64,000 nt of DNA, from contig NC_133617.1 of the NCBI RefSeq assembly GCF_048593235.1, positions 752,339,897 to 752,403,896 on the forward strand. Direction: 5' to 3'. The notes below the pieces were generated by a model. It was not told the DNA's origin, ran no database searches, and saw only the letters and a list, made by a program, of their open reading frames with translations. Shown in pieces: positions 34,036-47,506 of this stretch. Both the position numbers and the translations under genes were made by a program. The DNA is from Sminthopsis crassicaudata (lineage: Eukaryota). The stretch's first letter is position 1. Each line of letters starts with the position of its first letter.

Positions 34036-34713
34036 TGAGTAAGATAAGAAATCCTTTTAAAAAACAAAAACCAATATTGCAAAAGGGACTGCTTTGTCAC
34101 TTCATCAGCAATGTCAAAGTAATCTCTCCCCCCCATGAGACTCACCCAAGTGAATTTCAAATTTAAAAAAATCTTGTAATAAACACCTCAATCTAATCAA
34201 AAAATAAACCTATTATGAAAAGGTGTTTTCAGATTGAAAATGTTTGACTTTGCCAAATTTGAAGTGCTCAATGACCTTTAATTATAGAAATAATTCTGGT
34301 CTTTCTGAATTGAAAACAAAAACACTGAAGAATGAGTAAATGGAGTACTCTGAATTATTGCTGCCATTTAAAAAAATGTCAAAATTCCAAAACTGGTAAC
34401 TGTTGGTTTCTCTGTAAATAGATGAAATACATATGATGATGATGATGCAGTGCACAGGACCAAAAGTCAGGAAGACCCAAGGTCAAAGATGACCTCAGAC
34501 ATTTACTAGCTGTTTAAACCTGGGGAGAACACTTCAGGGTTCCCGCCTTAGTTTCTCCATCTTTAAAATGGAGATAGTAACAGTCCCAATCTTCCAGAGA
34601 AGGACTGTTGTGAGATGTAAAGTACTATGCTTGGTGCCTGGAACAGAGTAGGTAGGTACTCAATAAATGCTTGCTCCCTTTCCTCTCCTACTGGAGGATT
34701 ACATATACTTTGA

Positions 34714-35112
34714 TGTGACAAGTGTGACCTGGGGAACAAGCATGGAGAAGATGGTGGAAATGCTCCCTAGCCTGGGTGGCCAAGCCGAGATGGATAGCCA
34801 AAAGAGGTAAGGAGTTTGGTAGTGAACACGTGGGTCTTCTGACCAGGTGTTCACTTGGGAACCAACAAGTCAGGGCATCAGTCAGGGCATTATGTGAGTA
34901 GGTATAATAAAGGCTTTTAAGATTACACGTGGCTGTTCTTAAGTGCGCTACCGGTTATTAAGCTATAGATTCAAGAGATTGTGGCCAGAGACCTTTGAAG
35001 GCCTCAGAAGAGATGAGCCGGGTAGAGTTCACACTGCAAAGGACAGTGGTCAAAGGTGCTCTGGTGGGTCTAGGACAGACTAGTCATTGTAACTGCCAGG
35101 AGAGCACGTTAA
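34714..35112 (+). mobile_element. Solo LTR in PSMA2 intron 6
   Basis: TG start, TATAATAAA/AATAAA at 34903-34911, imperfect flanking tttga/tttca; marsupial ERV LTR-like sequence. Confidence 0.6.
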
Positions 35113-35130
35113 TTTCATCATCAGAGACTA

Positions 35131-35322
<192 letters not shown>

Positions 35323-36305
35323 TTAAATAAAGGAAATTTAAATCTAGACAAAACAGTTCATAAAACATGCAAGGTATAGCAGGGCACTGAAGTGCAGAAG
35401 GTCTGGGTTCAAATCCAACCTCTAATACTTAATAGTTCTATGACCCTTGACCCCATCACTTTCTGAGAAATGGATTGTTTTAAGACTCATAAGATTAAAA
35501 TAATTGGAAGAGCTTAGACCTAGAAAAAAAATGTAAATCTATTTCTATGCAATCACATGATTCTACCTGCCCAGATAAATCAAGAATAGCTGTTTTTCAT
35601 TCTAATTCCAGAGTAGATGAAATTTTATATATATATATATCATTTTAAGTTGAGAAGGGGAGGAGGGTAGGGCTGAGAGCACCAAAGAGCTACATATGAA
35701 GACATAAATGGTCATTTTATGAGTTATATTTGCTTAAATGGAGGCATCAAGAAAGCTGAGAGCTGGCTTCATGGCATATAGGATCTGAAAGCTCTTACTT
35801 GACTCTGGTCATTCAGATGTGCCCAAATTCTACTAGATTCTGAGCCCTGGAAGAGTACCTAAAGGGGCAGCAGCATAGCAGGTTGGAAGGCCATGGCCAG
35901 CTGAGCACATAGAGGTCACTACTCTCAAGTTCCATGTTCCTCCTTAGGATGTTTCCTAAGGTAATAAACATCTTCAGGTTTGAAGACAGTGGGTCTAAAG
36001 ACTGTTTCAGCCATCTCCAATTACATCAAAGTAGCTAAAATTAGGAAACATGCAGAGGGCTCCCACATATTCTGCTCATCACACAAATGAGAACACATAA
36101 TATAAAAGCTTATAATAAATATTTATAGGAAAGAAGTCATAAATAAATAGTACATAGAGTTTCACAAGGTAGCTTAGCTCATGATGATCTCGGAAAGGCA
36201 GCCAGATATATATGATTATTCCCATTTTATAAACAGTCTAGACACTGAACCACAGAAAGATCACGGAGTTTATACATGCAAGATCAAAACTAGCACAGGA
36301 AATCA

Positions 36306-36536
<231 letters not shown>

Positions 36537-37213
36537 TCAAACACTGCTCAGGCATGGGGGAAATGACATCACTGGGGGAAATGTCAACAATAGTTATCCC
36601 ATAAGCATTCCAAAGACACATACACTCATCAGTCTCAAATAAATCTTTAGAAATGACACTGATAATGTCACAAATGTTACCCTTTGAAATAAACCTTAAA
36701 TCATTGTTCTGTGCTAAACTAGAAGGTACTGCACCATCTGCTTTTCATTCTTCCAAATAAATGGAATTTAAAATATGGGGTCAATTCAAATATAGCAAGT
36801 TTCAAGGTCTTAACAAAAGCACAACTTTAGCTCAATGCCAATTAGCCAAGAGCTATTCTACTCTATACAACAGGTGTAAGTGAAATGGTCCTCTAGATAA
36901 CACTTTGAATCATACTTGATTCAGAATGTTGGATTTAAGATTCTAGTGTACTGTGAAAAAAAAAAACACATTTTTGAGAAGCAACAGAAAGTGTTTATAG
37001 ATGAGGGGGGCAGAGAATTCTCTGCATCTAACCAGCCAAGATTGATACCCAGCACTGCAAAGAAAAGAAATCTATGTTTTCCCTAACTGTAACATTTTTG
37101 ACACTTCATTAACAAGGTAATAAAGTCCCAGTTAAGACCCCCTCGAACAGCTACTCTAGTTAATTAAACAGAATATTTCCTTCTGACAAGCCTGCCTTCA
37201 TACCCGGCACTTA

Positions 37214-37411
<198 letters not shown>

Positions 37412-37758
37412 TTAGTCTAAGGGATTTCCACATAGAGGAGTTTCTCAGGGTAATGACCTCCCAGGTCTAGTTCCTATTTCTGTGGTAACCTGAAATTGTA
37501 ATCATTTAGAATCTCTTGTCCTGCCAGATGTGGGCTTAAAACATCTCAAATCCCAACAACAAACCCCAAAGCCCTTCACTCCTAACCCTGAGAAGGGAGA
37601 AATGGAGAAGGAATTGGGCCTAGGTATACCAAGCATGTCATCTAACTTTCCCCACATCCCAACTTTGCCAGTTTTGTCCACCACAAACATTTCTACAATG
37701 CTTTCCTGTCCGAGGAGATAATAAAACCTATACAGCTTTCCCATGTTACAGATGTTCA

Positions 37759-38010
<252 letters not shown>

Positions 38011-38621
38011 TCAAGTCCTTTTTTCCCTTGGGTTATATCTTTCCTCATTGCTTACATTTTGTGAACTTTTCTGCTGGGTTCCCACATCCAAAGTTACCTT
38101 TCTTAGCTGAGGAATGAAATCACTTTCCATTGTTACTCAAGCCTGCTGTATTCACAGTAAATGAACACTTTAAAATAATACTGGCATTCTGCATTTCCAT
38201 AAAAACTTAGTACTCAAAATGAAATTTTAAGCCAACTAGTCATTAAAATAAAAGGCAAATGCTCTTAGTGCATTATTATTTTCTTCACACTATATGGTCA
38301 AGAAAAGAATGTAATCATCAAACCACCAACTCACAAGGAAAATCACAAAGTTAAAAAAAGAAATGACAGACAACATTCCAGAGGCCTTAGAAAGGAAATG
38401 AAAAGATACCAAAAACTATATACACTGCCTAGGGCTGAAGCTAACTGATGAATCCCACAAAGATTCAAATTCATGAGGATTAATATAGCCAAAATGCCAT
38501 CTACTCAGGAAATATTTCCAAGTTTTAAAATAAAATAAAAAAATCTAATTATACCAAACATAAAAGTCACCCCATTAGGACCATGTAAAATGAAGATTAA
38601 GTCAAAGGATCTTTAAAGTCA

Positions 38622-38747
<126 letters not shown>

Positions 38748-40619
38748 TCAAAATATTCACTGTGTCTGAGCCATTAAGAGGGTTAATTCTACTGTGTGAA
38801 CTACACAACAGTCAAAAGGACGTTTTACTATCATGTTCATGCTTAAAACTGACGGGTCCTTCAAAATGTTTATTGCTACTATAAGATTATTCAAAAAATA
38901 AATTCACAAAAATGTTTTTAAGAAACGGACACAGGCCTCATTATTCTCAGTAATTTAGCAAAATTCTGTTCTTTTCTATATAACAGTGACAGTAAAACAG
39001 CAATCAGTGTGGGGACTGCTTCTCAAGGCCTAGTCATGGAGAGCTAAGCTTTTACTAGGATCCTTAAATTTTATCTTTCCATTTCTGGCAGCTTCGCTGC
39101 TGTTCCCTGTGATGTCCCTTCCCCCCTTCTCAAATCTTGCCCAATACACTTGAGTGCATGTGCTCAACTGCCAACCTCTCCACAGCATTTCAACAACCTG
39201 AATATAAAACTAGAAAGTTTTTTTAACTGTAAAAATCAAGTCCCAATGCGCATTTTATCTGGAGATCAATGGTCTAGGGCATCAAGTCAACTAACTATAA
39301 ATGACTCATTTTTACAAAGTTACTACATGTGCCTAAAATATCATTTAATTACCAACACAACTGTTGTGATAAGCAAAATGTATCAATAACTAACCTTGCA
39401 AAGTTACATTGTGAACAACCTCCTATTTTAGCGGTGTACTTACTGCAGTGCCCTTACAAAAAAAGATGATTTTTTTTTAGATTTTTCTCTTACCTGAGAA
39501 GTAACTTTTCATTTTTAAAAACCACTACAGCACTAATTTAAAGACAAAAACTATTCTCAGGTTTACAAAAAGGAATTCATAGTTATATTTGAAGGAGTTC
39601 CTTCACCTAGTTTTAGAAAGGAAAATGATTGTATTGTTCTGTTGAAGTAAAGGAAAAGAGCTTTACAAATCTTGTTTTCAGTCCAACAGCAATTACCTAC
39701 AAATCTTCTGCCCTTCCTCCAATAGAATAGTTAAGTACAAAAAAAAGACGAGGAAAAGTCAATTGGCACATTGAAGCTATTTTGTTCCTAGGTCCTAGTA
39801 TTTATACTTAAATCCCAATACAAGGGGAGGCTGACAAGACCTCGATAGAATTTATTACATTGTAGTGTTACTCTCTATGAAACATTTTCTCTGGAGAGCC
39901 TTGCACGGCAGAGTAGATGCGCCCAGTAAATGTGCCTTATTCGTTAAACTTCAATCTGTGAGACCTTCCTGGATCTCTCCTAGAAGTTAAGCTGCCCTGG
40001 GAAAAATTAAGCCCCTTGAATTTATTGAGCTTCCTTTGTTATCTTCATATCATCTGTGCCTGACACAAAAGATAATCTTAATAAATTCAATTTTTTTTTG
40101 AGGTTCTCCTGGAATGTTTTTTTTTTATTTAAATTCAATTTAACTGAATGTTAAGGAAACCTTCATAAAAGATGCAGATTACTCAAAGAGATCTCTAACA
40201 TTCATCTGTCCAGAATACATCTGTAGACCATCTATCTAATTGTAAAATCAAAATGTTTTGTTGTTTCTTCTAAGTACCAGGAGCTGTCCCGTTTAGGGGG
40301 TGGGAATTATGTTCAATGATGCTTGTCAGGAGACCCCAGGCTCTGCTCCTGACACCAGCATTTATCACTGTGGTGATACTGAACATTCAATCTTTTCTAT
40401 TTTATTGTACTTGTTTGCTCACCTATGAAAACAAAAATAACTAATATCCTTAACTTGTTGAGTTATGAGGATCAAGTGACATAATGTCACTTCCTCCCAG
40501 AGATACTGGGTCATCTCTGCTGCCTACTATTAAAAACATGCCTTTGGGAGAAGGCCTTCTCTCAACCCTTAAACTAAAAAACAAACAAAAACAAATCCTG
40601 ATTACCCCATCATTTCCTC

Positions 40620-42100
40620 AAGCTTGTCTTCCTATAACTCTTCTCCTTTCTCAGACAAATGCCTGGGAGGGGGAAAAATACTGTCTATAGTAGTTGCCTT
40701 TACTTTCTCTCCTCTGAGGAAATCACTTCCCAATCTCTTGCACAGTTTTCAACCTTCTATTCCAAATGAAAACGTTCTTTCCAATGGTCCCAAAGACCTC
40801 TGGATTGCCAAGCCTGAAGGCCACTCCTCACTGAATCCTTGGATTCAGCAGCTTTTTATACTGGTGACTATCCCCTCTGGATTTTCTCATATACACCTTC
40901 AATCTCCATCTTGTCTTTTAACTGGGAAAATAACCCAAGATTTTGCCTTTCAGCGTCTCCTATTTTCTCTCAATACTCTTGTTGCACCAGCAAGCACAAT
41001 GATCATCCCTGTACAGATAACTTCCAGATCTACACAGCATACTGAAGCCTCTCTCCTCAGCTCCAGTTCCCTTCACCAACACAGCCAACAGCCTACACCC
41101 CCCTCAAATCCAACATGTCCAAACCCAGCCCTTGTGCACATCCTATCATGGTCTAGGTTCTCAAGATACTCTCTCCTGGTCCTCTTCCTACCTGACTCCT
41201 TGTCAAGGAATCTAGATTCTGCCAACTACGGGTGCCCCTCAGGCCTCTGCCTGCTTTCTACTTCACTTGATTTCATCAGCTCCCATGGATTTAATTATTA
41301 TGGATCTCAATGCTGAAGATTCTCCTCTCTGATCTCCGGTCTCACATTTCCTAATGCCTTTTACACATGTGGAACTGGAAGTCCAGTAGACATGTTAAAT
41401 TCAACCTTCTAACCTTCCCAATGGCTTTATTGCTGTGGAGGACACCACTATCTTCCACCCCCACCTTTCCAGTCTCCCAGGCTGGAAACCATAGGGTCAT
41501 ACCTGATTCCTCATCTCCCCTACTCCCCCCATCTGCCCACCAATGAATCCCCACCCCCAACTGCCCCTAGCCCTGCTTTTGGCCCTGATCATCTCACATC
41601 TAGACCACTGCTATATTGAGCAGGGGGGTCTGCCCGCCCATTCCTACCCACCAGCTACCAAAGTGTTTGTCCTAAATTAAAGCTTTAATAACCACCTCAC
41701 CCCTTTTCCCATTCAGCAAAGTCCACTGGCTTCCTGAGGCCTCCAGAAACAAACACGCTCAAAGCTCTCCATACCATACCCGCCCTCCCCTACGTTTCCT
41801 GCCACACGCTCCTCGATGCCCTGGCCTCCTGGCTGCTCCGTGGAACACCTTCCAAATCTCTCTGGCCATTCTCTCGGTTTCCAGGCCTGGAATGTTCTCC
41901 CTCCTCCAAGGGCTACCCTGGCTTCAAGTCCCTACTAAAGTTTCAACTCCCACAGGAAGTCTTCCCCAACTCCGCTTACTTCTGATGCCTTTACTCTTTC
42001 ACTTTATTGATCCCATTTGTACAAATGTATTTTCTTGGTGTTTTCCTACTTCAATGTGAGTCTGTCGAGCTCAGGACTTTTACCTTTTGTACCCCCAAAA
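40620..42100 (+). mobile_element. L2 LINE RT/3' fragment in PSMA2 intron 1
   Basis: Degenerate RT motif (tcccatggatttaattatta...gctgaagattc, an SHGFNY..YADDS relic) and pyrimidine-rich L2 3' region. Confidence 0.75.
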
Positions 42101-44017
42101 CTCAGGGCAGTGTACTACTGACTGTCCCAGTTGCATAAGGTTCCAAACTGTCGTCTGTGACTCCTCCCTCTCACCCACAGCTACAGGGAGGTACCCGATG
42201 TTGTCGAGCGGCCACAGCCCCGGCCCAAGGGCCTCCACATCTCTTGCCAGCACTGAAGCAACAGCCCTCATTAGAAGACTAAGTCACAGAATTGAGCGTT
42301 GTAAAGGGTCTCAAAGGCCCACGGATGCAACTCACACAAACGCCTACTTAGGTTATGAAGTTTGCCACTGTACTTTCTAACAACTAGTGATCCCCCTTCG
42401 AGTCCCATCTCCACACAGTGGTTGAAACGGTTCTCCTGAAGTTCAGTTCTAAGCCAGGCCCTCTCCTGACCAAACTCAAGGGCGTTTATCGCCTGCAGCG
42501 ATTACTCTCCAAATGAAGCCTTGGAGGACCCTGAATCCAAAATGATCTTCCTAGCAATTCTAAAATGCTATTTGCCTAAAAAACTGTCCCTTCGTTTTCC
42601 AACTATTTCTCTGGATGAGAATGGATTTTCTTCATCTAAGTCAATTAAAATAACATCAAAACGGACTAAATACAAAAGCAAATGTCGGAATCATCCTATC
42701 TTCTGTTAAGTGAGATGTTAAAAAGATGTGTAAAAATGTACAAAATAATGCCACTTCCCTGACTGGGGGGGGTGGGTGTAAAATACATTAATAACAAATA
42801 CCCGTGTTAATTCCCACAAAGGTCAATCCACACAATCATCGCCCACTCCCTTCTCTGCCTCCAGGAATCCCAATTTTATTTCCAATCACACGCAAAGACA
42901 ACCCGGGTCTCGGGGCCCCTCCCACTCAGGCAGGCGGCAGCGCCGCCTCTCATTTCCCCAGAGTCAAGCACAGGGACCGCTGTCCCGAGCCTCAGTCTAC
43001 CTGAACCTCGGACAGGTAGGTGAGGCAGAGAAAGAGCTGCCGGAGTGTTTCCTTACTTTCCCTTTTGTGTTTCCCCTTTCACAACGGGACTAAGGTAGAA
43101 CAGTGTGACACGCCTGCACTCTATAAAAGACAAGCGCTGAAAACTGCCTTCACACGCATTTGGAAAAAATAAAAACAAACGGACAAAAGTTAGGTGAAAA
43201 GTCACCACTACCTCCCACCCGCACCTTTCCAGTCTCCCAGGCTGGAAACCGCACGGTCAGACCTGATCCTCATCTCCCCCACTCCCGTCAATTTCCCCTT
43301 GGAAGAGCCCCACCCCCAACTGCCCCTAGCCGTTACAACTCAAAGCTTTCAAATACATGGCACGTAATTATTACCTAATGTTCCAGAATGGAGCCAAGGA
43401 CTGAACCCGAGTGCACCTGAGTCAACACCACTGCAAGTGTCGGCAGCCGCTTAGTCCCGCTTCACCCAATCTTTCCCCCACGCAAGTTCGGAGCCGCCAG
43501 GTATGACATTCACGAGCTCCTTAAAGTTCTCACAAACAAAACCGAAACCGGCCTCGGGAGACACCGCGGGGGGGGCAGGGCCGAGTCAGGGAGTCCCAAG
43601 TCCCGGGGCACTTCCAGACTCTCACTACTATGCGACACTTTCGGCCAGCCTCAGTTTCCTGTCTGTTACACGCAAACAAAGAGACCCGGGAGGGGGCGAG
43701 GGACGGATGCGCCCTCGTGATGGGCACACGGTGGTCACTACATAAATGCCCCAGGGGACGCCCCGATCCTCGACCTTCCCGCCTCCCAAAGCGGCCTGGA
43801 GATCCCCTCTGCCCCCGCACCGTCAGAGCCGGGCCCGGTCGGGATTCGCACTCGGCTCCGGAAGGGGGGAAGGGAACAGGTGCAGGCATGCTGGGAAGAG
43901 AAAGTGAAAGCGCCCCCCTCGAAGTCTCTCGGGCCGGGGTGGTTCCTACTCCGGCTCCGCCGCTGCCCTGCGGCCCCAGCCCCGGCGGTCTCGGGACCAG
44001 ACCTGACGGCTCTCACG

Positions 44018-44028
44018 GTGACTCGGCA
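44018..44028 (+). promoter_or_regulatory. Antioxidant response element (GTGACTCGGCA) in PSMA2 intron 1
   Basis: Matches RTGACnnnGCA, about 150 bp into intron 1. Confidence 0.55.
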
Positions 44029-44180
44029 TGGCCGCCCCCACGCCGGCCCCGGTCCCAGCCATGGCCCAGACCCCGACCCCAGCTCTGGGTCCCGAGACGG
44101 CCCCGCACGCCTGGCCCCTGACCGTCGGTGGGACAGCTGTCTCCGGCTCTTACCGGCCTGGTCGGCTCGGCCGTTCCTAC

Positions 44181-44221
44181 CTGAAGGTAGTGAGCGAGAA
44201 GCTGTAGCCGCGCTCCGCCAT
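44181..44221 (-). CDS. PSMA2: PSMA2 exon 1 (41 nt coding)
   Basis: MAERGYSFSLTTFS then donor |gtagg; the 8 exons total 705 nt = 234 aa + stop. Confidence 0.98.
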
Positions 44222-44483
44222 CTTGCCCCGCTGCAGCCGGACCGAGGCGCTGCGCCTGCGCAGGACGCCCCGGCCGAGCCCCGCTTCCGCCCGCGCGCCG
44301 GCTCTTCATTGGAGGCCTTCATCGGACTCCCGAAGCACGTCGGAACGTGTAGTCCTCGAGAAGGGTGGGCGGGGGCAAAAGGACTCGCTTTCCCAAGTCC
44401 CCACGCGCGGGCCTTCCGGTAGGAAGCCGGGCCTCCGCCACTGTCCTGCACGCTCGCTCTTTTTCTCCTTTCACCGGGCAGCC
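44222..44483. promoter_or_regulatory. PSMA2/MRPL32 bidirectional promoter
   Basis: 262 bp between divergent ATGs; NRF1 site TGCGCCTGCGCA at 44251-44262, CCAAT (ATTGG) at 44308-44312, ETS TTCCGG at 44414, YY1 CAAGATGGCG over the PSMA2 ATG. Confidence 0.85.
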
Positions 44484-44625
44484 ATGGTCATGGCCTTGGC
44501 GTGCCTGCGGGTAACCCTGCCCTCGTGGCCGGCGGCTGCCGTGCGCTTGCTACAGAATTACTGGGCCCGGGTGGAGAAGACGCTTCCCTCGGATCTTTCT
44601 GCTGGCTTTCCAGGCCCTTCCTGGG
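44484..44625 (+). CDS. MRPL32: Mitochondrial ribosomal protein bL32m, exon 1 (start at 44484 or 44490)
   Basis: MVMALACLRVTLPSWPAAAVRLLQNYWARVEKTLPSDLSAGFPGPSW, phase-1 donor G|GTAAG. Confidence 0.88.
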
Positions 44626-45787
44626 GTAAGTCCCGGTGGGGAAACAGGGGAGGCGGGGCCGGGAACGTGCTCGTCGTAGGAAGCGGTGACGCGCACGCTA
44701 GAGAGAAAGGGAGGACGCGGGCGCGCGACGCTAAATTGCGTGGGACACTACGCACACGCAGAAGCGGAAGGCAGTACTACGGGATAGTGGAGAAAGCGGG
44801 AGTGCGTGCACTGAGCATGCGCGTCTTTTGGTCTCGCCTGACCTCCTTCCCATCATCCTCTGTGGTGCTGGGACTTGAGCCTGGGAGTAGCGTTTTGAGC
44901 CCCCTGGCTCCCATTTACAGATGGGGACAGACTAAGGCTCCCCGCTGCACGATCCCCTCTGTTGTCAGGATCTAGGAAATCAGTCCCGTCTCCAGGCTCC
45001 GCCTCCATCAGTTTCTTCCCCTTTCCTGACCTTCGAACTGTAGGTCATTCTGCAGCGTTCCTTTGTACTAGGCGCCCCAGGGCTCAGAGACCCCCCCAAA
45101 AAAAAAACAAAACGGGATTTGGCCCTCAGGAAGACACCCCTGGATGCCGTAGCCTGGGCTGGAGAGCCCTGAGTGAGCCGGAGGCGTTAGTGCCGCGGGG
45201 CCCGAGGGGCTGCTCTTCCTGCTCCTTCCTCCTCCCTCCTCTGGTGTTTCCCTGGCCGCCCCTTTATTGTGAGCTTAGTTGGCTCCTGGTCTGCCCGGCG
45301 CGCCCCTCCCCCCCGCAGCGCTGCCTCTGGTCGGGCACCTCAGTGATGCCCCATAGGGAGGCCGCAGAGCCGGGAGATGAGTTCGAGTCCGGCCTGCGTG
45401 CCTCAGTGTCCTCATCTGTCCTGTAGACAGCGACGGCCCGGCCTCCCGGCCCAGTCCCTGCTGCGCTCCTCCTCTGGGGCTCGAGAGGCGGCCGCTTGTG
45501 ACCCCTGGCGGGTGGACAGAGGCGGCCGTGACCTCCACTGCGCCGAGAACACCCCCTCCCCACACACACAGTGCAGAGTCTCCGGCAGCCCCCTCCCCTC
45601 CTGGCCCAGGCCCGTTCCCTCTCCTTGCTGGATGAGCCCGGCGTTTGCTTCCGGCGCACGGGCTCGGGCCAACTCTTCGGGGGCTGCTTGGGGGGCCGGC
45701 CTTTATTGGGGTACAGCCCCTTACTCCGAAGGCTCCTGACGGGGGATGGGGCGGCGATGACCGGTCTTCCTGTGTTTGCCTTCCCAG

Positions 45788-45942
45788 CGCCAGCCCTGGC
45801 CGGGGCGCCCCCGACCCCACTGCCCCCCGCGGACGCGGGCCTGGCAGACGGCTTCGTGTGGATGGCGGTCCCCAAGAACAGGCGCAGCATCGAGGTCAAT
45901 CGGTGCCGGAGGAGGAACCCCAGAAAGCTCATCAAAGTAAAG
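45788..45942 (+). CDS. MRPL32: MRPL32 exon 2 (155 nt)
   Basis: ttcccag|; ...[30 protein letters not shown]|gtaaag. Confidence 0.95.
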
Positions 45943-46890
45943 GTAAAGAAGGGCTTGGGTGAGAAGTGACCCGGAGACAGCCCGGCCTGCGGGGGGCGCT
46001 GCCCAAGTGCGCGGCCGGGCTTGGCAGCTGTGGGAGGGGCCTTTCCTCCCAGGCTGGAGAGTGCAGGGGTCGGTGGTCGGAAGACCCTCCGGAGTGCGTG
46101 GCGCGCCTGAAAATCAATAAGCAGGAGCCCCCGTCTCTGCTGGCCCGCCTCAGAGCATCCGCCCCTCCCCCACAGCAGCCTTTAGTACGAAGTGACCCCT
46201 TCTTAGCTGAGGGGAGCCCCCTCCCCGTGATGTCCCTCCCGGGACTTGCAGCTGGGACTCCTGGCTGCCACCATGGAGGTTCCAGACCTGAATTCTAACT
46301 GTGGCTGCCGCCCCTCCCCCTTGTGGCCCCTCGGGAGCCACCGCTCCTGCCCAGACTCCTGCCCGTCTCCCAGACTGCCACCAGCTCCGCTCCGCCTGCC
46401 CCGCCCCCTGCCTTAGCCAGCGTTAAGGAAGGAAGCCTGCTTGGGTGACCGGAGCCACACCATCCTTCCCAGGGGGCTCACGGCCCCGCCCCTCCAGCGC
46501 TCTGAGATTCCGGCCCCGCCTCCCTTCCCTGCCTCTGACAGGCCCTGCCAGAGGACTCCTGCCAGTCTTAGCGGAGGCCCCTCCCTCCCAAGGACCCTTT
46601 CCTGGGCCTCCCTTGGGCCCCCCTTCCTCTGCCTCCCCTGCAGTGAGTCCAGGCCCCAGGGCGGCCCGGAGGCGGAGGTCCCAGACCGATGGCTGTGGGC
46701 CGCAGGTTTTGGCACAGGCCCAGAAGGGTGCGGTAGCGCCGCAGAGGCGGGGCCTGACGGGGGAGGGGCTGGGAGCTCTGGGCGGGTTAGACTGTGCCAG
46801 GCCCCCTGCATTGTGGGTGCCGGGACAGGCCGCCTCCCGGAGCGCAGCTTTTAATCGTTCCCTTCTGCTCGTGGGCTTCCTGTTCCTCAG

Positions 46891-47136
46891 AACAACATCG
46901 ACGTGTGTCCCGAGTGCGGCCACCTGAAACTGAAGCACGTGCTTTGCGGTTACTGCTACAGCAAAGTCCGCCATGAGACGGCGCAGATCCGGAAGCAGAT
47001 GGGGGGCAGGGACTCGAGGGTGCCCACTGTGGAGACCGTGGTCCTGTACCAAGGGGAGACGCCCTCGGCAGAAGACCAGGGCAAGAGGCTCATCGAGCGG
47101 GACAGGAAGAGGCCGTCCTGGTTCTCCAGGACCTGA
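46891..47136 (+). CDS. MRPL32: MRPL32 exon 3
   Basis: [26 protein letters not shown]...[13 protein letters not shown]; CxxC...CxxC zinc site. Confidence 0.97.
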   Translation, partial: NNIDVCPECGHLKLKHVLCGYCYSKVRHETAQIRKQMGGRDSRVPTVETVVLYQGETPSAEDQGKRLIERDRKRPSWFSRT

Positions 47137-47500
47137 GGCTGCAGCGGTTCCCGGGGCCTTTCGCAGGAAAGCGGCTCCAGCGGTTTGTTTGCCCTTCCTT
47201 TCTGTGCTCCTCAGCAGCGGGGCCCAGGGCAGGGCTTGGGAACCCCCACGGGTGGGGGGGGGGGGAACCAGCCAGCCGCTGATTTCTCTGCGGCTCAGCT
47301 TCCTCTGTAAAACGAGGGCTTGGGCTTAGTCACACACCGGTGACGGTGCCGCTCCCAGTGCGGGCCAGAATGCCCTGAGTCCGGCTTCTGCGGAAACGCT
47401 TGTTTGGCTGACATTAATTTATTTGATTTTAAAATTTCTGTGAAATGGGGAGATTCCAGTTTTGTCAGAATCACTTAGGGAACGTCAGTTACTTTTACAC

Positions 47501-47506
47501 AATAAA
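47501..47506 (+). terminator. MRPL32 polyadenylation signal (AATAAA)
   Basis: About 365 nt after the stop codon. Confidence 0.7.

Larger units (their letters stand above)
43400..47450. promoter_or_regulatory. CpG island / GC-rich domain covering PSMA2 exon 1 and all of MRPL32
   Basis: Dense CpG and high GC. Confidence 0.8.

Noticed and set aside
35942-35961. Perfect 8-bp hairpin CCTTAGGA-TGTT-TCCTAAGG in PSMA2 intron 5
   Set aside because: Too short and isolated; no snoRNA, tRNA or miRNA hallmarks.
40624-41316. 230-aa ORF in PSMA2 intron 1
   Set aside because: Chance open frame in a decayed L2 RT region.
44223-47052. Long ORFs across the PSMA2/MRPL32 CpG island (250, 223, 209 aa)
   Set aside because: Exon read-through into GC-rich introns or random open frames; the true exons are defined by splice sites and homology.
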